Source of the DNA: the human T2T-CHM13v2.0 reference genome, Homo sapiens
Length of the DNA: 64,000 nt
NCBI RefSeq assembly: GCF_009914755.1
Contig: NC_060928.1
Strand: one strand, 5' to 3'
Program-made: the position numbers and the translations under genes
Notes under the pieces: generated by a model
The model's input: the letters and a program-made list of their open reading frames with translations, nothing else
Database searches by the model: none
What the model was told of the DNA's origin: nothing
Part shown: positions 27,139 through 47,542 of the stretch, one piece after another
Position numbering within the stretch: position 1 is the stretch's first letter
Layout of the letters: the number at the start of each line of letters is the position of its first letter

Positions 27139-28690
27139 TTTACAAAATATTTTAAAAATAACTATTAACACTTATGGAGGCAATAATGCACATACATCTT
27201 AGCACTCACTGTGTATTGACTTTTCAACTCCTCAAATGCTAGCGTGGATTTATTTTATACTCTTTCTAATATTTTATTCTTATAATTATTTGTTATCTAA
27301 TTATAACAAATCCTATTGATGTAATTCAAGGTTTATAAATTGGTTGATCTCACAAGACAACACACTAAAATTCCCATCTTAACTGAAGAAAATATTTAGT
27401 TCTCCAACTTCATCTACTGTGTTAGTTATAAAATGTAAAGAAAACTCAGATGTCCACGTTCCAAAAGCAATGTTCTTGTTCACTTAAGGAACTCATCTCC
27501 ATATAACTTTTATTTACAACATAAAAAAGTTATGTATCCATCATTGTCATCAATGACAACAGAATTAATTTATAATGCAACTACTTTACAGCACACATTA
27601 CAAAGATGTGTTCCCTATATGTAAAATTTATGTAAGGCAGCTATTGAATCCTCTTTCTTCCTACTTAAATCTAACTGCATTGGCCAGGTCAGCAAACCGA
27701 AACTAAGCTGTTAAAAATGTTATGAACAAATGGATTCAGAGCAGGAATTTAAAGTTTAAATGAGATTACTTTTATTGTTTATCTTTTTTTAATAGTCTTA
27801 GTTTATTAGTCTAAAATTTGCTTGAAGAATACATCTAAATATTTTCTAAAATGCAAGATTAAAAAGTATTTTATTCTCATTTTTGATCATTTATATTAAT
27901 TGAAACACAAAGAATTAATTCCTGGTGTGTGTGTGTGTGTGCGCGTGTGTGTGTCTACAATGAGGTGGCTTTTGTCATGAAAACTGTCTATAATACCAAG
28001 AAAATTGACACTTGCATTCTAGAAAAATGTTTTATGAAGTACAAATGGTACCACAATGGAAACTTTAAAATGCATGTATGTTATGCTCAACTAAGCGTTA
28101 CATTCTATTTTAAATATATACATAAAAAATGCATGTTCCTAAAAAAGAATTAGAATATTAGCTATAATTCCCTTTAAACAGTCAAACTACATTTTCCTCA
28201 CTCAAGCACAAGGAAACATGCTCATATAGCTGTAATTTATGGACTTTTACTTTAAAAAGGTTTGTATTTCTTTGGCTGGTGAACCCACATATTCCCTAAG
28301 TTACCATCTCCAGAGGTATACAGACAAAAGGGTGTCATCTGAAGACACGATAAATAGAGTTTATTGACTTGCAGTAGGATGAATGAGAAAGGTCTGCTTT
28401 AGCTGAGAGGAAAAGAAGTACCTCAACAACTTTCTGAATTTGAAGTAGGAAAGGAACTCAGCTTTTAATTAATCTCTCTAGAAAATCTAAATTATGCAAT
28501 GACCACTTATTATCTATCCAAGTTTTTAACATGCTAGGAGTAAGTTTTTTTTGTCACTCCCTCCACCCTAGATATTCTACAGTCTTTGCATAGAGTAAGT
28601 CCTCATTAAATGCTTGAACAAATGAATGAGGCTCTAAAGCACTTAATTCTGTGCTTAGAAAATTATGAAATAAGTAACCCTTCTCCTTAC

Positions 28691-28828
28691 CACAATCTGC
28701 AACACCATTTATTCTGGATCCCATGACTTCATTTCCATATCTGTCAACACACCAGCACTGTCCAACACTGCCATGACATTGTGTTGGCTTGTAGTAACCA
28801 TCTTCATCACACAGGGGGATATACTGTC
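28691..28828 (-). CDS. SPOCK3: Testican-3 exon, thyroglobulin type-1 domain (GQYIPLCDEDGYYKPTQCHGSVGQCWCVDRYGNEVMGSRINGVADC)
   Basis: It contains the CWCV motif, has acceptor TTTCAACAG| and donor |GTAAGG, and is 138 nt, phase 1/1. Confidence 0.97.
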
Positions 28829-29447
28829 CTGTTGAAACAACACACAGGCATACAAACACACACATGTAGTTTATGAATAAGCTGTGCTCCTTTCTGAGAA
28901 GCACCCATTATGCATTAATGCATTAAAGACTTACACATATGGAGTGTCCACTATATTCCAGGATAGATACCAGTGATGCCTTAGAAGAAATCAGGGAAGT
29001 CTTTTGTGTCATGGAGCTGGCCATTGCCACAATGAACTGCTTATAGTTCATGGATTCATTTCCTTTGTAAAGCAAAGTACTATCTTACTAGTTCTCACTG
29101 TGCAAAGGGTAGTGTTTCAGAGGCACAATACAGAATTAAAATCTGATTAGTGCCATGCTTATATTAAATCACCCAGACCACTTAGCATGGCAGAAGACCT
29201 GCCACCATCTGCCTTCATCGCTGCCAACTTTCTACTTTCATTTCCCCAAATGTTCATTCCTATATTCCAAGTTCTTTCCAAATCAAGCTATGTGTTTTTC
29301 CCAAATTCAATGCTGTTTTGTCTCTTTACACATTATGTCGACTAGAGTCTCTCTCCTCTCTCTTCCACTTTAAGATTTGACATAAATGTGACCCACAATT
29401 TAAAGTCTTCCTCAAAATGAAAGATTCCTGATTACTTCTTCCATTCT

Positions 29448-29448
29448 C

Positions 29449-29479
<31 letters not shown>
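29448..29479. repeat. (TG)n microsatellite, interrupted
   Basis: Directly visible. Similar runs occur at 14631-14650, 24007-24026 and 27925-27953. Confidence 0.9.
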
Positions 29480-29682
29480 TGACTGTCCTTGCATACTTTC
29501 ACCACTACATTGTGATATCATCTATGGTTAGAAATATTTAGGTTCTCTTCATTTTTATTGTTGTGTGAACAACATCTCAAGCCCATGGTCGAGAGGGAAC
29601 ACAGTCTATTGGGAATAGTAGAACAGATAGATAAATATTTTTTATTTATTTATTTATTTATTTATTTAATTTTACTCTATGG

Positions 29683-30763
<1,081 letters not shown>

Positions 30764-31690
30764 TAGAGACTTCTTTTTATATCTATAAAATCTAACATAC
30801 TCTATGGCACAATGCTCATGATAAACCCTTAATTAGTAATTTAAAAGTGAAGTCGTGTTTTTTAATAAGTACTCCAACACCAGAATATAAGTTCCAGGAG
30901 ATAAGAATATTTTCTTTTATTTTCTGACTTTTTTTTTTTCTGTGACCAGAAGCATAATAGTTATTTGGTGAAATTTAAAAAATAAATAAATAAATGGATA
31001 AAAGACAAAACTTAGTCTTGTAACCATATAACATCATAACTTCACTATCTCAAAAAGTTTGAAAATTGTTATACGTAGATTAACTTAGTTTAAAAAACTA
31101 TAATTTATTCAAAATAGCTGAACTGCTAATCTTTCAATTAGATAGACAGAATATCATTAACTTCAGAACGCTTTCTACGGATTAAAGGCCAGAAAAAATA
31201 AGGAAAAAATTCACTGTTGTCACATCTACAGCTTTTACAACTACCATTTGAATTTGACATAAACATGTTATGATGTATAGTTAGTGTGACCATAATTGAT
31301 ACTTTATGCCAGTAAAGTTGGTTGATGTCTGAAGTTTTAGCATAATTCTTAAGAATATTCTCTTTTCCTTTCAAAGACTGAATCTCCAAATCAGGACATG
31401 GGGCATCATACTCCTATATAACAAGTGATCAATTTCAGACGCGTACTAATACCCCACCCAAATTAGAAGAAATGCTTAAAGACTTTAGTGTTCTCTATAA
31501 TAATTTTCATTTATATTATGAAAGAATAATGAAGGTAACTCTTCCCAAATGGGAACTAAGTATTTTTTTATACCTTCAAATAATAAAAACCTGTATTCTA
31601 ATAGATTTTTGCTACTAATAGAATTTAAGTAGAAAATATTTTTAAGTTGAATTTCAATGGCTTTCTTTATGGTACATGGCTAAACTTTGA

Positions 31691-32052
<362 letters not shown>

Positions 32053-32394
32053 AGAATGTATTATTTTCATTTGTGAGCTGTGGTATCTCCTGCATCTTGT
32101 AACAGGGTCAAAAGAAACATGACACATTGTAGCATTTATCATCAGTAATTTTCACACCTAAAAATGTTTTATTACAAAACATTAAACTTTTAATTTTGTA
32201 CAATGGGCACTGAAACAAAGATTTGCAAGTAATGTGAAAAATCCTCTTATTTAAATGTAATATATTGTAATTACAAAGATAGTAAGTCAAAATATAAAAC
32301 AGATTAATCAGATCCAGAGACATTAGAGTTATGTGCCATTAAATACAGGAGTGTGTTAATATACGTGAAAAGAAATATTGCATGTGTGCTGTCA

Positions 32395-32640
32395 TGCTTT
32401 GAATTCTAAAATAGAAAAAGAACAGTGGCAAAACTGGTGACAACCAAATAAAGTCTGAAGCTTACTTAATAGGATTATAGCAATGCTAATTTCTTAGATA
32501 TTTACAAATGTTTCATCGTTATTTGGCACATGCAAGACGTTATATTTAGTGGAAGCTGGGTGAAGAATGTTTGGAAACTATGTACCTTTGTCACTGTTTT
32601 TATAAATTTAAAACTATTCCAAAAATAGTTTATTTAAAAA
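32395..32640 (+). mobile_element. Ancient L1 (L1ME/MC-like) 3' end fragment
   Basis: GGAAGCTGGGTGAAG...TTTTTATAAATTTAAAACTATTCCAAAAATAGTTTATTTAAAAA. Confidence 0.6.
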
Positions 32641-33223
32641 TTGTAAGTTTATAAGAATAAACCACTCATATGTAACAGTTTAATAATCTGTTTATATCCA
32701 AACATTCAAATATTTCAAGGCTTTGAATAAAATCTGAAATATCTATCTACTTATACATTTACTTATTAAAAGAAGGGTAGTAAAAAACACTAATGAAAAA
32801 TACCAACAAGTCTATTCAAATTTCCCTGAGGTACTCAGAGCACTTTTCACCCAATTTATAAAACTACATGCTTTAAATAGCACATATACATATATATATA
32901 TTTGCCATCAATTCTTAAATCTTCACCATATAATTTGAACTGAATTTTCTGCTGATGTTTTAACTTTAGCATTGCTTAAATCTTTCTTTTTACTTAATAA
33001 CTTTCAAAATGAACATTATATTAGGGTAATAAAACAGACATAATATCTTTCAATAGGTAAGGTAATAAAAGTAAGTTTAATGGCTTTCAAAAAGTTCATA
33101 AATTTTGTTGCTGAAATTTAGTGCAGTCTATCTTTGTTGGATTAATATTGATTTTATGTTGCTGTTTCCCTGGGGTTATTTATGTAAGCAATAAAGCCTT
33201 CAGAAGAATGATCTATTACTCAC

Positions 33224-33286
33224 CTAGGAGCTTCTTTACCCCTTGCCGCTTCTGAATATTGCTGAGCTCAGTCTGGCAAGGTGGGT
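33224..33286 (-). CDS. SPOCK3: Testican-3 63-nt exon: (D)PPCQTELSNIQKRQGVKKLL(G), start of the thyroglobulin domain
   Basis: The acceptor is GTCATTGCAG| and the donor |GTGAGT, phase 1/1, and it joins the flanking exons in frame. It is too short for the ORF track. Confidence 0.93.
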
Positions 33287-33451
33287 CTGCAATGACATTA
33301 AAAATGTTACTTCAAGGATTCTAGTTAAACAAAGAAAGTGTAATTTCTATGTTATCAAACTTCACTTAGTCTTTTTGTGCCTTTGGAAGACATGTATTAC
33401 ATATTAATTGGTTTACTTATAAAGATACATTCATATAGGTACATACATGTG

Positions 33452-33461
33452 TCTATCTATC

Positions 33462-33502
<41 letters not shown>

Positions 33503-33513
33503 ATATCTATCTA
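33452..33513. repeat. (TCTA)n / GATA tetranucleotide STR
   Basis: About 10 perfect TCTA units plus flanking variants. Confidence 0.95.
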
Positions 33514-34090
33514 TAGAGACAGAGAGAGCACTCATACTACTTTCCTAATTGTCAATATATCACCTTGGTTTTCCTCAGAATTCCTGGATTGGATTTTTTA
33601 AAAGTATAAAAGATACTTATATGATGAAAAATACTTCTTATCATTTACTTTTAAAAGGTCAATCAAGTCAGAAATGTAAATTCAACTAATTGACTGCTGC
33701 TGAAGCAATTAACTGATTATGTTTTCCCCTCATTTAAAAGTTTCTGTGATATAGACAAGTAACTTTGTGTTACAAAAGTAATCTAGGAAAAAGTTAATGC
33801 TTCTTTCCAGTTATGTTAAAGACCTTATTATAAATTTTAATATTGTATAATGTTAAGAGATATTAGTCTTTTTAGTTTCAGCCATATATGCAATTTAGGA
33901 ACAGGATATAATATAAAATTATTTCTGATAAGCTGTTATTTTAAAAATAAGCTGAAAACATTTAAACCGATCTGGAAATAGTCTTTGCCTATTTTCAAAC
34001 TCAATCACTTGAAGGAGGACGTTCGTAGAGAAATGTAAAATTCTAAATAGTCACAATATAGTTTGCCTTATATTATTACTCTTATACTTA

Positions 34091-34316
34091 CTGTTGCCCT
34101 TCATATCTGTGAGTTCTGCATTTATAGATTCAACCAACCGCTAATTGAAAATTTTCAAAAAATAAAAATCTAGAGATGATTTAAAGTATATAAGAGGATG
34201 TGCGTACGTTATATGTCAATATTTTGCCATTTTATAGAAGGCATTTGAGTGACTTGATTTTGGTGTTCACAAGTGGTCCTGAGATCGATCCCCCTCGGAT
34301 ACTAAGAGATAACTGT
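34091..34316 (-). mobile_element. MER2-like (TcMar-Tigger) DNA transposon remnant
   Basis: It has degenerate TIRs (CTGTTGCCCTTCATATC / GATACTAAGAGATAACTG), TA flanks and the internal CTAGAGATGATTTAAAGTATA. Confidence 0.78.
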
Positions 34317-34704
34317 ATATAATTATATACACATATAATATGTAATATATACAGTCTTATCTGAAAGCAGTTTAGTGCATTTTATATTCATATTCTAAAA
34401 GCTTGCTGTTAATGCTTGCTATATAAAAGTGGCATTAGAAAATAGTAAAACTGCAAAATAATATACTATATCTTATTGTCCCATGGTACAACTTTTTAGG
34501 AAAAAGGCAAAGTATATTAATTTAAATGTTTTTAAAATTTTATAATACATTGAATTCAAAATATTCAATTATGAAATTTTACGTAACAAAGTGGAATAAA
34601 GAATGAGATAGGTGCTTAACATATACATTGTAGTTTAATATGTGAACTTAATCTTGCAGAATCTAAAAAAAAATTCATCTTATAGAATCTAAAATGTAAA
34701 GAAA

Positions 34705-40890
<6,186 letters not shown>

Positions 40891-43250
40891 AAAATGTAAA
40901 GAAAACCTGTTTTAAAATCTTGTATAATTAGTATATTGTTCTATTTCATTTTGAAATTGATCCAATTGATCCCTTTGTTATTCCTGATAATCTTCTGAGT
41001 CTCTTATATTAAAGAATTAGGAATCATATTGTATAGTTTTTTATACAGACATTTAAAATTTTATAGCTCTCCAAATATGACATTTAAGAACTAAGAGGAA
41101 AGAGTCCAGCTGAAGTTTCAATATTATATTGAAAACAGTTCTTCTAGTTGCAATTGGCTAGTTATTGTAAAGCAGAAATAGGATTTCTAATGTCTACTTG
41201 AACACCCTCGTGCATTTGAGTCTATACCTGAAAATGCACGTACATTTGATTGGAATTTTGATTAGTAACCTCAGAGAATATGTCTGCCTACCAGCGTTAC
41301 AAGCTCTGTGTAAAAGAACATTTTAGAATTTCAAGAAAATCATGACTGATTGGATTGTTCAAGTATATATAATATTTGATTTTAAACTATTTTCTTATTA
41401 TTTATTAGCCAGCTCTGTAAGTCTAGCCTTTAGGTATTCTTAGAGCACTTAACTGAGACTTCATCTATCATTTAAACTCACTTGCAAATAACTGATCTAG
41501 ATAAAAGAATAGTAACCTAACTAATTGCATTAAAGTTTGGACAGAATCAGACTATTAGGTCTACACAGGGTAAGGACTAATAGGTCAGCTTAGGGTAGAG
41601 ACATGGATTCATCTCATAAGATGAATTCCCCCAATGTGTTTGCTACCAACGAGTGTTTTAAGTTTATGCTAAATTCTTATCTTATGTGCTTAAAAACTGT
41701 ATGAGAATCACAAATTAATAAAATATAAAATTTAATCAGAATTTTTTATTAACTGTTCTAAACCAGTAGGGAAGAATGAAAAAAAAATAGAAGTTAAATT
41801 TCCAGATGTTGTTTGTTTTGAATATAAAATTGTTGATTGTTCTGCATTCTGAATTTAAAAACCCAAACCCCTACATTGGAGTCATTATATTAGGAATTGG
41901 TAATTTTCAATACAACAGTAACAATGCACTTTTATTTACCCATGAAATTTTGAACTAAAGAAAATGTAATTGGGATAAATAAATTTAAAATACGTATATG
42001 TTTCCAACAGTTACTACAATACAAAGTATGTTTTCTATACTTGAAAGAAGTCATTTCTAAGAAATACTTGTTTTTAGCTGTCAAATATATATGGATAATA
42101 TAGAGTCAAAACTGAAAAGAAAGTGGGCATTATGGAGGTTTGTGAATGAATCTCTAAGTTGGCAGCATATGGCTGCACAGGCTGTGTACTGCACAACTCC
42201 AACAGGGTACCATCTACCTGAATTGCACTATCAATGGTGCCCTGAAGTTTTACAACAAGGCAGCCCTCTAGCAGTTTTTTAAGTAAGCCACTGCCCTTAA
42301 TCACTTTTCTTCTCCATACGTTATTGGTCACGTAGCCTCTCATAGAATGGTTATACTTTTAAAACTTTATTAGATTCATTTCATTCATAGAAATTACAAA
42401 TATTCACAATTCCAAATCCTCCATATTTATTTGATTTAATAGGAAAATCATATCTTTTAAAAAGAATGAATTAATCCCCCATGCACTACACTTTGACATC
42501 TCTTCCTGTTTATTAAATGTATACATAACCTCCAATAATGTCATTAATTTTCATTTCATTCCTGAGAAAAAACCCTGCATAAACTAGTTATTGGAAAAGG
42601 ACTTGTTGATGTTATTCGTACTGAATAAGACTATCCAATAAGTTGCACTGATGATTCTATGGCATTTTATATATAATTACTTTGTTATTTCTGAAAGTAG
42701 AATTACAAATATTTGAAGACAGAAATCAAGGAGTTTCATTTCAAATACCAGTTTATTCATGTACTCATTTCATAATGTGAAGTTATTGAATATGAATAAA
42801 CTTCAGTCCTTAGCCATAAAATGGGAATATTTATACTTTCACAGGGCTATTTCAGTAATAATTTTATGTACACAAAAGACTAGGTGGAGCTGAATAAATG
42901 TTAGTTTTCTTTATCATTCCTTTATCTTACACAACAGCGTTTTCAATAGAATAGCAACTAATAAATGATTAACTTTTTAGAGTAAGTAAAAGTAGACATA
43001 CTTTTATGAAAGCACATTCTTAACACGTAAGGTAGCTAAAATCCCAAATTGATATTCCTCCTACTCACTTTTTCAGGATTACTTAGAATAAAGAATTCTA
43101 CAAATTACAACCATGTTCATTTTGTATTGCTTAATTGTCATGATTTTAGAAAATTAGCCATAGAAACAAATTTGTTTCTCAATTAAAATTATAACATTTT
43201 TTTCCCTTGGAAAACTACAAATATTTCACTTGCTTGAAATTGTACATTCC

Positions 43251-43545
43251 TTTTGTTGTTGTTGTTGTTGAGGTAGGGTCTCACTCTGGTACTCTGTTGC
43301 CCAGGCTGGAGTGTAGAGGTGCCATCTCAGCTCACTGCAACCTCCAACCTCCTTCTCCTGCCTCAGATCCCCAAGTAGCTAGGACTACAGGCATGTACCA
43401 CCAATCCTGGCTAATTTTTGTGTTTTTTGTAGAGACAGGATCTCACCACATTGCCCACACTGCTCGGACTCCTGAGCTTAAGCAATCCACCCTCCTTGGC
43501 CTCCCAAAGTGCCAGGATTACAGGCATGAGCAACTGTGCCCAGCT
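43251..43545 (-). mobile_element. AluJ with small internal deletions and (GTT)n tail
   Basis: Antisense dimer with GGGTCTCACTCTG and CTCCTGAGCTTAAGCAATCC. Confidence 0.85.
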
Positions 43546-43765
43546 GAAATTTACAAACTCATTTATTAAACTTTCAAAATTAACTTTAATTTTATAATGT
43601 GAAAGTTACTTTTTAGAAAAACATCATTATTTTCCAGTTTTTTTTCCACACTATGCAACTGTAGTCTTCATGGCAGTTTTAAGTAAGCCTAGATTAAATA
43701 ACCTCTCATTCCATCCTATTTTTGAGAGCGAGAGCTCTATATATAGCAGCTATATATAGAGTAGC

Positions 43766-43775
43766 TATATGTGTG

Positions 43776-43838
<63 letters not shown>
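43766..43838. repeat. Compound (TA)n(CA)n microsatellite
   Basis: Directly visible. Confidence 0.95.
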
Positions 43839-45726
43839 TTATAGCTACAGTAAACAAGAATTTCAGGAAAATATTCTTTTATAAGCTGGAATATTTGAAA
43901 AAATCAGCATATAAATTAATGGTGATTTTTTAATAAAATTACTTATTGAACTAAAAGAATACATAAAAACAAAGTTGTATCGTATCACTAGCATGCCTTC
44001 TCAGTTACCCTGAGAACTTTTGTAACTTCTAGCAATTAAAGTAATGAAATGTTGGCTAAGAGTTTAGCCAAACCCTTCTAAGCATTAGAGAAATTGTATA
44101 AGCTCTTTTACTAGCTTAGGTACCATTTATTAAACTATTTCTGCTATGCATTAAATGACCTCAGAGAGTAAATCTTCATATGGCTATATAAAAATTAACA
44201 CTTTGGGAGAATGCTACAATTTAAATGAAACATAGATAACATAAAATTTTTCTATGGGGACCTTTAATCAATCCTGCAAATATTGCTACAAAACCTAAGA
44301 ATATTCTAAGATAAAGAATTTATCGATTTCTGTAGACAAAGCATTCTGAGTTATTCAGAATATTTTAAATGTTTGTGTATAGACACCAAAAAATATGCTA
44401 CCATAACACCAAAAAATAAAAATAAAAAATTAAAATAACGTTTGTCTTCATAAGAAAAGAGTACATGACTACGTGTATTTTTCTGGCAGTTTAGCTGGAT
44501 TTACTACTTTTTATTATTTAAATTATTTAAATGCACACTTGTCATTAATACTAGGATGTAAGTTTTTAGGAGTATTTAACTTGAAAGCACATATGTAATG
44601 TAGCCAACAATGTGTGTTTGTGTGTGTAATAAATATTTTAATACAGTAAATGTATTTTTTAAACTTTGTTTAGAGTGGTTTATTAATAGTTAAGTTACTG
44701 TACTCAACTAAAGCTTCTGTTGACTCACCACTAATCAATTTATGCATATTCATTTCATCCCTAATTACTGAACTATTACTAAATGTGGAAAAGTTATTGA
44801 GATAATAAACTACCCCATATAATGTGCTGGTTTTCCTTATCGAAGACTGGTAATCATTGATATTGTAAAGTATCTTGTTCTTTCTCTTAGTTCTCAAGAA
44901 TTTAAAAAAGCATTGACAACAGCAGGCTTTACCACATTAATTCCCAGGGTATTTTCCTAAATTAACATCAACATTACACTTACCATTGTTTCTTTAGTTT
45001 CTCAAAACTTTATCATAATGTGAGTTTCTTGTTTTTTCCCCTATTCATATTTAATATAAATTATCATTCAATTGATTCCATAAGCCTGATTCCAATTTTA
45101 CATTATGTTTACATTTCCTAATACAGAAAGATGCATGAAGAACTGGTGCCATTCCAACTTTTCACTTACCTCACCTCCTCCTTAGTATTAAGACACTTTT
45201 TCTGCTAGTGAATTTTATAAAAGGTAAGCTATTTTGAAAAGTTTGAAAGACTAAATCATTTTAAAATCACATGAGTAAAAATAACTTTATGGTGAATGCT
45301 CTGGTTCATTCAACTCATTTAATAAGATCACAAAATAGAACATTAAAACTCCACCGTATAGTGATAAAAAATCCATTTATTTTACATTGTGGGCAAAGCA
45401 GATAGCAAATTAATTTTAATGATTACTTTCAGTATCTAAGTTCTTAATATTTCTGTGTGCTTCTTGGTGGCTCATAATGGAAACTATAATGTAGTGGCAT
45501 TAATACAAAATATTAATTACTATTTTTCATCTTATTTAGCATGTGTTGTATCTCTGGCAGAGTTATTTGTTCAACATGCTTCTTATTTGCTCTTTTATTC
45601 AACACTTGAATTACAAAAACATACACAAAATGAATGAGCATAGTGTACTGTTTTATTTTCTTAAAAAATAAGTAAAATTTGACATGCAGGTCAACTATTT
45701 GCGTCTGTAAGGGTCTCATCTTTTAC

Positions 45727-45948
45727 CTTGCTGTCTCTGGAAGCAGTAGCACCACTCATTATTAGATATTAAACTGTCCTTGTATGTGTCACAAGAATTG
45801 AAGAATGCCTTGGTACACTGTTCATTCTTATCAAGGTAAATGCTTCTGAGCTCTGACTGGTCCAATAGCAGGTCATAGTTTGTATCAAGTCTGTTAAACA
45901 TCCAGCCAAGTGAGTCCTTGCAAATTGGCAAGATGCTGGTATCGAATC
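45727..45948 (-). CDS. SPOCK3: Testican-3 exon, SPARC-type extracellular calcium-binding (EF-hand) domain: FDTSILPICKDSLGWMFNRLDTNYDLLLDQSEL...EWCYCFQRQQ
   Basis: It has the WMFxxLDxNxD and EWCYCF motifs, acceptor TTTTGCCTTTAG| and donor |GTAAAA, and is 222 nt, phase 1/1. Upstream exons lie beyond the right edge. Confidence 0.97.
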
Positions 45949-46554
45949 CTAAAGGCAAAAAAAAGAAAATGATTAGTTAAATATGAAAGACACCATTAGC
46001 AGAAAGCAAAATAAGTCAACATAGCAGGTAGCTAGTGTAGGACATCTAATGAATAGTTAGAGAAGTAGAGCATTAAATTCATCATGAGTAGTTTGTTTCA
46101 AATTGAAGTGGATATAGTAGTATCTACATTTCAGGATAGTTGTGAGAATTAATTAACCAGAAAGCATTTGGTACTAATTAGTCATTCATTCAATGGCAGT
46201 TACTATTATAATTATATATTATTTATATTACTTTACTGATCAAGCTTCTTTGAATAAATAGTATATCATGATAAATGTCTCATTAGATATATGTAAATAC
46301 TATTTTAAAACATCCTATGAACAAAAAATAAAATTTATATTTATTCACAGCACTGAAAATATGATCTTAAAAGCAGACTTTACACAAAATAAGTAATAAT
46401 TTAATAATTCCCTATATCTTGGTAGGATTATGGTGACTGTGCTATTTCACATAAACCTGTTGACCAGAGAAAGAATAATCATCATGTAATTTACACAGCC
46501 ACTTGGTCTCCTGCTTACCTCAAGGAAATTTTACAAATGCAAATGTGTTATTAT

Positions 46555-46700
46555 GAGAGGCCAGATGGTGCACTGGATAGAGCAGGTATAGAGAGATGAC
46601 GGAACTGGGTTTGTATTCAAGCTACACACTACTCCACATGGGTTACCCCTGGTAAGCTGCAGACCTCACGAACCTCAGTTTCCTAAATAGCATCAGATGC
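46555..46700 (+). mobile_element. MIR fragment
   Basis: ACTGGGTTTGTATTCAAGCT...GAACCTCAGTTTCCT. Confidence 0.55.
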
Positions 46701-47359
46701 AATGTCAGTGTTTTGAACTATTTTAAAAATTTGCTTTCAACAATTCTTATTTTGAGGGATTCAGTGAGCTCTCATATGTATGTTGCTTATCTAGTTGTTG
46801 TTTAATTTTCTCTTTTCTACTCATTACAAGTGAAAGTAAACTAATAACTCAGTTATTTGCATGGAAAAGAGGATGTATTGGAGACATGGGGACTTATGAA
46901 AACAGTATCAAAAAGATGTAATCTTCAACAACAGGGTTTGAAGAGTAGTTTAAACATTTCTAAGTGCAATTCTCTCAGATTTTGTAGCTAATTTTATGTT
47001 CTAGTAATACAAAATCTATTTTGATAGTTTTTTTTCTTGTTATACTTTGAATTATAAAAATAATAGAAATAAAAATGTAGACACTTAGGATTAAAAATTA
47101 AATAAGAGATTTGGGACAGGAACAGCTCCGGTCTACAGCTCCCAGCGTGAGCGACGCAGAAGACGGTGATTTCTGCATTTCCATCTGAGGTACCGGGTTC
47201 ATCTCACTAGGGAGTGCCAGACAGTGGGCGCAGGCCAGTGTGTGTGCGCACCGTGCGCGAGCCGAAGCAGGGCGAGGCATTGCCTCACCTGGGAAGCGCA
47301 AGGGGTCAGGGAGTTCCCTTTCCGAGTCAAAGAAAGGGGTGACGGTCGCACCTGGAAAA

Positions 47360-47542
47360 TCAGGTCACTCCCACCCGAATATTGCGCTTTTCAGACCGGC
47401 TTAAGAAACGGCGCACCACGAGACTATATCCCACACCTGGCTCGGAGGGTCCTACGCCCACGGAATCTCGCTGATTGCTAGCACAGCAGTCTGAGATCAA
47501 ACTGCAAGGCGGCAACGAGGCTGGGGGAGGGGCGCCCGCCAT
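47360..47542 (-). CDS. L1 ORF0 (antisense 5' UTR ORF), 60 aa, truncated by CGA>TGA at codon 61
   Basis: It reads MAGAPPPASLPPCSLISDCCASNQRDSVGVGPSEPG...GVT*, with ATG in GCAATGG context. Confidence 0.85.
   Translation of the reverse strand: MAGAPPPASLPPCSLISDCCASNQRDSVGVGPSEPGVGYSLVVRRFLSRSEKRNIRVGVT

Noticed and set aside
28554-28904. 116-aa ORF as a stand-alone gene
   Set aside because: Only 28691-28828 is coding (a spliced SPOCK3 exon). The flanks are intron read in frame by chance.
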